Shown here: in pieces, positions 44,570-64,000 of the stretch
How positions within the stretch are numbered: the stretch's first letter is position 1
Layout of the letters: each line of letters opens with the position of its first letter
Origin: the human T2T-CHM13v2.0 reference genome, Homo sapiens
Length of the DNA: 64,000 nt
Assembly: GCF_009914755.1 (NCBI RefSeq)
Contig: NC_060930.1
Direction: 5' to 3' (one strand)
The notes under the pieces: model-generated
Databases searched by the model: none
What the model saw: the letters and a program-made list of their open reading frames with translations, nothing else
Told to the model about the DNA's origin: nothing
Translations under genes and position numbers: made by a program

Positions 44570-44681
44570 CTGTCGCCGCGGGGGCTCGCCGACTCCGTCA
44601 CTCTCCGCCTTGCCCGTGCTCCGCTAACCCTTCAGCCCGCCCAGCAGGCCGCCCGCGCGCCGGACACCGCCGCCCGAGACT
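44570..44681 (-). other. FKBP5: FKBP5 non-coding exon 1 (main proximal TSS)
   Basis: Lies in the CpG island. Inr consensus CCAGTCT (YYANWYY) with A at 44681; ends ...GGCGACAG|GTACCG; no ATG inside. Matches my recollection of the FKBP5 mRNA 5'UTR. The exact TSS is inferred. Confidence 0.85.
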
Positions 44682-44827
44682 GGCAGCGCCCGCGAGCCGG
44701 CCCGAATCCCCGGGGCAGCGCCCGGCGCCGTCCCGCCCCAGCCGGCCGCAGGACCCGCCTTCCATAGGGCCCCGGGGCTGTCAGTCCGCCCCCAAAAGGC
44801 GCGCGGGCTGTCGATCCGCCTGTCCGG

Positions 44828-44908
44828 ATTGGTGGCCGCGCGCCGTCCATGCAAATGAGGCCCCGCCCCCATCATTTGCTCCTCCACCTCCCCACGCCAG
44901 CCCACGTG
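44828..44908 (-). promoter_or_regulatory. Proximal promoter motif cluster: CCAAT, octamer, GC box, E-box
   Basis: ATTGG 44828-44832 (CCAAT on minus), ATGCAAAT 44849-44856, GGCCCCGCCCCC 44859-44870, CACGTG 44903-44908; all 150-230 bp upstream of the inferred TSS; no TATA box seen. Confidence 0.7.
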
Positions 44909-45176
44909 TCTGGCCCTTGCCCTTTGTGGGGGCCATAGAGAAGGGATGGTGGAAACTGACACCCCCTCACATCTCTTACCTCCCGAGAAATTAATGCCTA
45001 AGCAAGCTAGTTGACTTCCCATCTGTATCGTCTCTCTGAAGGCACTGCCCCTCCTATCTGTCCACAGGGCCTACCTAGAGGCCGGAGAGGGGCAGGCCAG
45101 GCTGTTTGTTAGGTCAGCTGGCCAGGTTAGCCCTAGGAAGCAACCCCATTAAGTCTAAGATGCCCAGTCGGGACTG

Positions 45177-45186
45177 GGGAAATCCC
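45177..45186 (+). promoter_or_regulatory. NF-kB site flanked by two CpGs (45169, 45191)
   Basis: GGGAAATCCC matches GGGRNNYYCC, about 0.5 kb upstream of the TSS. The layout fits the published age/stress-demethylated, NF-kB-responsive FKBP5 element as I recall it. Confidence 0.75.
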
Positions 45187-45416
45187 ACCTCGAGAACCAA
45201 TTTAGCAGATATCACCTCCCTCTGGACACCCAGTGACTGTAAAGACCATACTTTCTCTTGGCTTGCTACCTTTCAAGCAGGAGATCCCAGGAGATTAAAA
45301 CAGGAAGAGGCCTTACGGCTGAGTTCGGCCAGGTGGGGTGGCTCACGCCTGTAATCCCAGCACTTTGGAAGGCCGAGGTGGGCGGACCACGAGGTCAAGA
45401 GATCGAGACCATCCTA

Positions 45417-45682
<266 letters not shown>

Positions 45683-45936
45683 TTACTCCCATAGAGATGC
45701 AGGAGCTGCACCTGGGCCTTAGGGAATCTCTAATCAACTCTCTCATTTTTAAGGAAACAGAAACCTGATGTCCCATAGCTAGTTACACGTGGGACCTAAT
45801 AGTTACCTATGGAAACCTAATATCCCATAGCCAGATTAGAACTCATGTCTCCTGGCTCCAAACCTGCTCTCTTTGCACTATACTGCATTCAAACATTTAT
45901 GAAGAGCCTCGTCCAGAAATCGCCATGCTGCCTTCA

Positions 45937-46314
<378 letters not shown>

Positions 46315-46474
46315 TTAGTCATTTGTCTGTCCTCAGTGCCTAGAAGCTTCCCTGTTTACCAGTTGCCGAGGGGAGTCACTGAAACAATGTATTTGTTCAT
46401 TAACGCAGAAAAACAAAGTTGATCAAAATTCCTCTGCATACTAATACCAATTGATTAAGCATCTACTATGCTTA

Positions 46475-46865
<391 letters not shown>

Positions 46866-47371
46866 TCAAGGGCTTCATTAGGAGACAGTGACATACACGT
46901 AACATGTCAGTTCTCCTCTTCATGTTACAGGGGTTGTGACAGATGTCTGCATAGGGCACAATGGAAGGCGCCAAGGAAAGAGGAATCAGCTCTTCCTACG
47001 AGAGGCAGGGAAGGCGTCATTGAAGAGGTCACCTGACAGTAGAGCTGAATCTTAGAAGATGAAGTAGGTGTTTGCCAGACAGAGGGGTGTGGACAAGGGG
47101 GAAAGGGACTCCCAGGCAGGAGGGGACAGCGTGAGCAAAAAGCATGCAGACCTGGAAAAGCCTAATAATTGAGGGAACAGTGAGGAGCAGTGTGGGCAAA
47201 TCTGCAGAGGGCTGTGTGGACGTGTCACATGTCTGGGACCAGGCTCTTCCAGGAGGAAGACAGAAAGGCAGGGGAGGCTGCCAGGCTGTGTTGTAATACA
47301 CCGCAGCAACAACAACAGGCCCTGTAGATACAGCTACACGGTTCTTTTTTTTTCTAGGCCAGAGTCTGTGG

Positions 47372-47386
47372 AGAACAGTCAGTTCC
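47372..47386 (+). promoter_or_regulatory. Candidate GRE/ARE (IR3)
   Basis: AGAACAgtcAGTTCC, 10/12 match to AGAACAnnnTGTTCT, about 2.7 kb upstream of the TSS of a steroid-inducible gene. Confidence 0.55.
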
Positions 47387-48242
47387 ACAGTTCCGATGGC
47401 AGCCTTGCTAGCCCCACCCACTCTCCCAGAAAACCACTCTGATCACTGCACTTGCCTTCCTTGGCATTTGGAAACACATGTGCTTGCATTTTCCCTAAAC
47501 ATTACTGCCCTTCAGAATTCAAAGATGACATGCGCTATGGCTGCAGATACCTGGATGTGGGATGAGCAGCCCTTTCCTAAGGCACAGTACGGTTCTTTGC
47601 AGGGTCTGTACCTAAGACCAGTTCCATGGGTATGTGACCTGTGTAGTACACAGGGCCGTGTACTTAGAAGAGCCCTGTGCTGGGTCTAATGCTCTGCTGC
47701 CGCCGTCTTGAAATTCTTAGTACTTTCTCAACAAAGGGCCCTGCACTCTCATTTTTCACTGGGCCCTGCAAATTATATGGCCAGTCCTGCCTGTCACTGG
47801 TAGTGACCCTGGGCATGCTTGTGGAACTGCTCAAACCACATCTCATTTTAAAAGCACTTCGCATTCACTAGACTCATTCACATGCATTTTATCATTTGAT
47901 TCTCTTTTTCTGTCTTCCTTTTTCTTTTAGAGACAAGGGCTCACTCTATTACCCAGGCTGGCCTGGAACCGCTGGGCTCAAGAGACCCTCCCACCTTGGC
48001 CTCCTAAACTGTCAAGATTGCAGGTGTGAGCCACCTTGCCCGAACTTATCATTTGATTCTCACAATGGGGTAGGCCAGTGTTACTCTTTATTTTCATTTA
48101 TTACTTGAAAAAATTGAAGTTTGGCAACTTTCTCCAGGTGGCACAGCTAGGAAGTAGCAGAGCTTGTACTTGAACTCAGCCCAGGCAAGCCCTGTTCCAA
48201 CTACTACCGAGCTACCTTCATCTTGGTTTCAGAATCCTTTTA

Positions 48243-48756
<514 letters not shown>

Positions 48757-48891
48757 TTATTCTGTATTTTCTGTCTTTTATCCTTCTATGCTTTGTCCTA
48801 ATAAGTTTCTTCTATTTTCAGCTCACTCAGTCTCTTTTCAGCTAAAAAAAAAAAAAAAAAAAAAAAATCTCATCTTAAACCCAACCATTGA

Positions 48892-49113
<222 letters not shown>

Positions 49114-49164
49114 TAGTAGAGACGGGGTTTCACCATGTTAGCCAGGATGGTCTCAATCGCCTGA

Positions 49165-49678
<514 letters not shown>

Positions 49679-50608
49679 TAAACATAGTATTGTTGTTTTA
49701 TGGTCTATAACTGATAATTCTAATCTGGAGTTCCTGTGAATCTGCTTCCATTGTCAAATATTGTTTTTGCTTTTTACTTTAAAAAAAAAATAGTGACAGA
49801 GTCTCTCTATGTTGCCCAGGCTGGTCTTGAACTCCAGGGCCCAAAGGATCCTACTGCCTTGGCCTCCCAGAATACTGGGATTACAGGTGTGAGCCACTGC
49901 ACCCAACCAGTTTCTATTTTTGTTTTCATTTTCAAGACAGGGTCTCACTCTGTCACCTAGGCCGGAGTGCGGTGGCGTGATCATGGCTCACTGCAGCCTT
50001 GACCACCTAGGCTCAAGCGATTTTCCCACTTCAGCCCCCCAAGTAACTGGGACTACAGGTGTGTGCCAACATGTCTGGTTAATTTTTTTTATTTGTAGAG
50101 ACAGGTCTCACTATTTGCAGAGACCAGGCTGGTCTCGAACTCCTGGCTTCAAGTGATCCTCTTGCCTCGGCCTTCCAAAGTGCTGGGATTATAAGTGTGA
50201 GCCACCACTCCCTGCCCCATTATCAGTTTTTAGTGATTCATTCTCATGTCACCATATACCTGGTTATGTTTTGGACATTGTATTTTAAAAAATCATTTTA
50301 AGTAACAATAGTAATATCTTCCTCTGGGAAATATTTCCATTTGCTGCTACCAGGCATCTAGGGGCACCAGCAGTCTGGGATCATCTTAACTCAATTTCAG
50401 GGCTCCAGATTTTCTGAGTCATCTGATGACTCAGAGCTGGACTACAGTCTATGGAAGCATTTTTGTTTTGTTTTCTTTTTAGTGTGTGTTTTTTACGGTT
50501 CCCCTTTACTCAATTGTGCAGTTCTTTGGGGTCCCAGTCTAAGATTGGGGTTTTTTTAGTTATGTATTGCTTCATAGCAAACTATTCCAAAATTTAGTGG
50601 CTTAAAAC

Positions 50609-53734
<3,126 letters not shown>

Positions 53735-53765
53735 GCTTTAAGCAACAACTATCATATTTACTCAC

Positions 53766-54784
<1,019 letters not shown>

Positions 54785-55523
54785 TTTGCTCATGATTCTG
54801 CAATTTGAACAGAATTTGGCAGGGACAGCTGGTCTCTAGTCTATGTGGCAAGGGTTGGGGCAACTTGAACAGGGCTGAATGATCCACTTCCAAACTGGCC
54901 TTACTCACACGGAAGGCAAGTAAGACCCTAGCTGTGATGTTGGCAAGGGTCTCCAGCTCTTCTCCACATGGGCTCTCCATGAAGCTAGGTTGGGTTTCTC
55001 ACAGCGTGTTGGTCTCAAGGTGATTGGACTTCTGAACATGGTGTCTGGCTTCCTCCACAGGGCAAATATGGAAATTGTCAGGCCTTCTTAAGGTTTACAT
55101 CTGTAACTGACACAGCATCACTTCTACCACATTCTCTTAGTTAAAACACGTTACAGCCCAGTCCAGGTTCAAGGGGAGGGAACTAACAATGGTGTGAATA
55201 TTCAGATACACAGTTATCTGGGGACGACCAAGGTTACTCTCTATCACAGTCCATCTTCTGTCTCCTAATGATTCACTTGCTCTTACATGTACAATACACT
55301 CACTGCTCCTTAATTCCCCCCAAAGTCTCACCCCATTAATGTGCTAGTATTGAGCTTGACGTCCATACTTTCCTCATCTAAATTAAAGCCAAGTACGAAT
55401 GAGGCTTCAATTTCAATGGATGCTGCTCTCGATCTGAAGATCTTTGAACTTAAGAGACAAGTTATCCACTCCCCACACACAATGGTGAGGCAGGGAAGAG
55501 AAAATTATAATTGACACTTACTA

Positions 55524-56121
<598 letters not shown>

Positions 56122-56362
56122 TAAGGCTTAAGCCAGAAGTGGCACAACATCACTACCACTATATTCTATTAATTAAAGCAGGTCACAGAGCAGCCCAGAA
56201 TCAAGGGATACACAGGATATGAATACCCGTAGCCATGGCTCAGTCTATCACAAGAGTGATTTGTCAGGGTATCCACCTTGGTAGGCCCCGAACTCCAAAT
56301 TCATACCCTTAATCCCAAGAAGCTTTCAAAGGTATGGCTCAGCCTCTCCAATGGCTCCTTCA

Positions 56363-57952
<1,590 letters not shown>

Positions 57953-58226
57953 AACCTCTCTGGACTCCTACATTTTCCTCTGTCTTGGTCCAATAACTCC
58001 TCACTATCTCGTTAGGTTTTTGATGCATTTAAGATTTAAATCATAATTACTGAATGATTAAATAATCTCTACAACAAACCCTTGTGACATGAGTTTACCT
58101 ATGTAATAAACCTTCACATGTACCCCGAACCTACAATAAAGGTTAAAAAAAAAAAAGACAGAAAAGAAAAGATAGTCTTTTGACAAATGGTGCTAAAACA
58201 ACTGGATAATGGCATGCAAAATATAA

Positions 58227-58434
<208 letters not shown>

Positions 58435-58680
58435 TAGCCAGGATGGTCTCGATCTCCTGACCTCGTGATCCACCCGCCTCGGCCTTCCAAAGTGCTAGGA
58501 TTACAGGCATGAGCCACCGCGCCCAGCCATATAAACTGATTTGTATCTCACACCACATAGAAAAATTAACTAAAAATGGATCCTGACCTACATGCAAAAC
58601 CAAAAGTTCTAACATTATTAGAACACATAGAAAATCTCTGTGACTTTGTGTTAAACAAAGATTTATTTGATATGAAACTA

Positions 58681-59101
<421 letters not shown>

Positions 59102-59399
59102 TCACTTGAACCCGGGAGGCGGAGGTTGTAGTGGGCTGAGATCAAGCTGCTGTCCAGCCTGGCCGACAGAACATGACTCCATCTCAAAAAAAATAAAAAT
59201 AAAAGTTAAATCCCAACACATAGAAATGATACTCAAGGTGATTGATATCCTAAATACCCTGATTTGATCATTATACATTCCATGCATGTAACAAAATATC
59301 ACATGTACCCCATAAATATGTACTAATATTATTTATCAATTTTAAAATATTTAAAGATATTTGTCTAGCATATGTAGTTGTCTTTGAAGTATTGGTCCA

Positions 59400-59900
59400 A
59401 TTCTAATTGGCCTTTCTATACTTGGGGAAATTCCTCTATTATGGGTTTTGCCTCTCAAACTAGAAGTCAGAACTCAGATTCCCAGCCTCCCTTGCAGCTA
59501 GAACATTGACATGTGACCCAGTTCTACCAATCACACACCCAAGAAAGACTTCAATTCTGAAGTGCACAGCAGGAGGCTTGGTGGTCACAGTGGCAACAGA
59601 AGTGGTTCCCCAGGGGTTGTAAGGTCAAGTTCCTGAAGTTGAATTTGGCATTGGTGCTGGAGGCAGGAGTGGCTGTGCTAACATTAAGTTCTCAGCATCA
59701 GTGTTCAGCAATGGTGGTAGCAGCCATTTTCTCTGCAATGTGATTGTAGCCACTACCCCTGGAAGCTTAGCCTGGAATCTGTCTCTCTCCTCCCTCCCAA
59801 CGATTCTGTGAGTTACCTAACAACCTGAAATAAGCCCCCTTTCTGCTCAGTCTAGTCAGATAAGACTCTGTTGCTTGTAAGTAAGATCCACTAATGATAC
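59400..59900. mobile_element. Old ERVL-class LTR (LTR16/LTR33-like)
   Basis: ttcccagcctcccttgcagctag...catgtgacccagttct motif; subfamily uncertain. Confidence 0.45.
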
Positions 59901-60796
59901 ACCTGGTTTCTGGTCTCTGATCTTTCACTAAATAGTTGTGCAAACTTGAGAAATTTCTCTCCCCTCCACACTGCAGTTTATACTTCTATAGAGAAGTGGG
60001 GGCAGGTATCTAGAAAGGAGCTCCAGGCCCACAGACTCACAGACAAGTAATTGAGAGCCCAGAGAAGTCTGTTGGCCACTGTGGTTTCCAGGATGACCAC
60101 TGCCAGATCTCAAGCTGCTTCTTTCTGTTCTTCCTAAGGTGCTGAACTCCACTGTGGCACCTGCTGCCTTCATTTGGTTGTACCATTTCTGATGATCCAG
60201 TGACACCTCAAGAGGAAAGAATGGTTTTCCATCTTTATTGCTCAAAAACCAGGAATATATCTGGGTGGCTGGATTTAGCTCCTAAGACAATCTCCCAGTT
60301 GCAGAAGCTGCTTTGAGACACCAAGATCACTGGGAGCCTCGGGAGAAAGCCCGATAGCTTGTCAACATGTTTTTTGGGATTTATAGATACCATATATCAC
60401 ATATAGGCCTTTGTTTATAAATTGTATATTTTTGTAGACTGAGGTACAAAAATACTTACTGTTTGCAATCCCAATGACAATATGATTTTTTTTTTGCCTT
60501 GACAAACTGATTCTAAAATTCATTTGGAAAAGTTAGCATGTAAAGACTGCTATGAAAATTCTGAAAAAGAATTATAGCCCTACCAGAGATGATAACATAG
60601 TACAAAACTGTCACTGAAACCATTTGATTCTGCTGGCCGGGCGCGGTGGCTCACACCTGTAATCCCAGCACTTTGGGAGGCCGAGGCGGGCGGATCACGA
60701 GGTCAGGAAATCGAGACCATCCTGGGTAACACGGTGAAACCCCATCTCTACTAAAAATACAAAAAATTAGCCGGGCGTGGTGGCAGGTGCCTATAG

Positions 60797-61278
<482 letters not shown>

Positions 61279-61732
61279 TGAGCCACTTTGCCCGGCCTGC
61301 AAATATATTTTAATTAAATCATGCAAATGAAATAATATAAAATATAGAAATAGTTCTAACTACCTATGGACATTTCAGAGCAGTGAGGAAACATTTAAGT
61401 ATTCAGTACTAATGGTGGAAAAACTGATTAGCTATCTGGGGGTGAGGAGGGTGAGGGGAGCTAGGTCCTTACCTCATTTCTTACAACAAAAATACTCCAG
61501 ATGAATCAAAGATCTGAAGGTAAAAGATGAAACTATAAAGATAATATAAGGGAAAATGTTGGCTAGATGCAGTGGCTCACACCTGTAATCCCAACACTTT
61601 GGGAGGCCCAGGCACATGGATCACTTGAGGCCAGGAGTTAGAGACCAGCCTTGCCAACATGGCACAACCCCGTCTCTACTAAAAATACAAAAATTATCCA
61701 GGTGTGGTGGCTTGCACCTGTAATCCCAGCTA

Positions 61733-62155
<423 letters not shown>

Positions 62156-62157
62156 TC

Positions 62158-62188
<31 letters not shown>

Positions 62189-62969
62189 AGAAAAAAGAAA
62201 TACATAAGAGGATACTGCACCTCACTCATAATGAAAATTATGCAATTTAATATAATGATATGCCATTTGTATCTACTTGATTTAAAAGTTTGATAATATA
62301 CAGTATAGGTAAGAATGTGGGAAACAGGGCAAAGCCATTTTCGTTTGTGGGAGTGAAGATTGTGTAACCTCTTTGTCAGACAATTTAGCAATGTTTATCA
62401 AATTTTAAAACCCACATACTCAATGACCTAATATTCCACTTCCAGGAATTCATTCTATAGCTGTACTCCTACATGTTGGCCAAACTATATATACAACGAT
62501 GTTCTCTGCGGTATTTGTAACAGCAAGAAACTAAAGACAATTTGATCATCAGTAGCAGGGGATTGTTTTACTAAATTATGGCTTTGCCATTCAACATATG
62601 CAACAATTTAAAAGAATATGGTATGTATCTATGTGCTTACATAGAAAAATCTATAAAATATATTAGGTGAAAAAGCAAAGCATAGAACAGAGTATAATGG
62701 ATACTCCCACTTCTACTTTTTAAAAATCTTATATGTATAGTTAAATGTAATTAAAGTCCCAGTGGAACTTTATGGAAAGATATGCAAGAAACTCTTAATG
62801 GTGGTTATGCCTAAGGGGATGGGACTGGGAATCTAGGGAGGAAAAAGGACTCGTTTTTATTGTATTTCTCTTTATATTGTTTTAAGTTTATTACCAGATA
62901 CTTGAACTACTTTCATAATTCAGATCACTGGTAAGTATGAGAAGACTTTTTTTTTTTTTTTTTTTTTGA

Positions 62970-63158
<189 letters not shown>

Positions 63159-63280
63159 TGATGGGGCTGGTCTCGAACTCCTGACCTCAGGTAATCCGCC
63201 CGCCTCGGCCTCCCAAAGTGCTGGGATTACAGGCGTGAGCCACCGCGCCCGGCCATGAAAAGACTTTTGACCTAACTTGT

Positions 63281-63619
63281 TTTTTTAACTTTTATTTTAG
63301 GTTCAGGGGTACATGTGCAGGTTTGTAATATAGGTGAACTCATGTTAAGGGAGTTTGTTGTACAGGTTATTTTGTCATCCAGGTACTAAGTTAGCACCCA
63401 AGAGTTATTTTTTCTGATCCTCTCCCTTCTCTCTCCTCCCACCCTCCACCCTCAAGTAAGCCCCAGTATCTGTTGTTCCCCTCTTTGTGTCCATGTGTTC
63501 TCATCATTTAGCTCCTACGTACATGTGAGAACATGCGGTATTTGGTTTTCTGTTCTTGCATTAGTTTGCTAAAGATAATGGCCTCCAGCTCCATGTTCTG
63601 GCAAAGGATATGATCTCAT
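63281..63619 (-). mobile_element. 5'-truncated older L1PA 3' end
   Basis: ttttaggttcaggggtacatgtgcagg...; flanked by the TSD GACTT(T/C)TGACCTAACTTGT. Confidence 0.75.
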
Positions 63620-64000
63620 GACTTCTGACCTAACTTGTGATAAGAAAAATGTGAACAAAGACCATGTTATACCTGTCAGAAAGATACATCATTTTCTCCC
63701 TAGAAGACTGCTACAGTTCTGTAATACAGTAGGTCGGTCAAGGTGTGGGAAAATATTATTGGTAAGAGCAAAGATTGATGAAACTTCTTCAGAGGGAAAT
63801 TTGGCAATAACTAACACAGTCTTTGACCTAATAATTCCACTTCTAGGAATTTTTCCTGCAGAAATATTCCCATATATGCCAAGGAAGTAGGTAGGTATAA
63901 AGATCTAGTTCCTTACAGCATCATTTGTACTGAGTATAAATAACTTAAGGTCTGCCAACTGGTTAAATAAATAATGGTACATTCGTACAATGGAATTCTT

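Larger units (their letters stand above)
43500..44910. promoter_or_regulatory. FKBP5: CpG island / FKBP5 promoter
   Basis: Very GC- and CpG-rich, Alu-free stretch around exon 1, in contrast to the CpG-depleted flanks. Confidence 0.95.

Noticed and set aside
43777-45022. Overlapping Arg/Pro/Gly/Ala-rich ORFs up to 179 aa
   Set aside because: Expected in a CpG island (few stops); most start at non-ATG codons. Only the ATG at 44558 was kept, as the spliced uORF; its unspliced 85-aa form would need intron retention.

Overview
Human (an AluYa5 is present), Alu-dense genomic DNA containing the 5' end of FKBP5 (FKBP51, glucocorticoid-receptor co-chaperone) on the minus strand. It holds a CpG-island promoter, non-coding exon 1 (about 44570-44681), a 42,656-bp intron 1, the first coding exon (1790-1913, encoding [35 protein letters not shown]), the first 1.8 kb of intron 2 and about 19 kb of upstream sequence. 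The rest is mostly transposon-derived: roughly 70 Alu copies or fragments, L1/L2/MIR fragments, DNA transposons (Tigger, MER5A, MER47A, MER53, MER58A), MaLR LTRs and a MER11 solo LTR nested in a processed retrocopy. Nearly all ORFs in the supplied track are repeat or GC-island artefacts. Best observations: (1) an alternative exon-1 donor 72 nt downstream would create a strong-Kozak 27-codon uORF whose stop overlaps the FKBP5 start codon (AUGA); (2) a probable deletion scar at about 17.0-17.5 kb, consistent with the deletion allele of the roughly 3.3-kb intron-1 structural variant I recall; (3) a nested Tigger > retrocopy > MER11 structure with two kB sites, a candidate antisense transcription unit; (4) a tiny double L1 3'-end insertion; (5) several NF-kB, GRE/ARE and AP-1 motifs. 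Repeat subfamily names and references to published variants are from memory and need a database check. I found no prokaryote-style novel system (CRISPR or similar).
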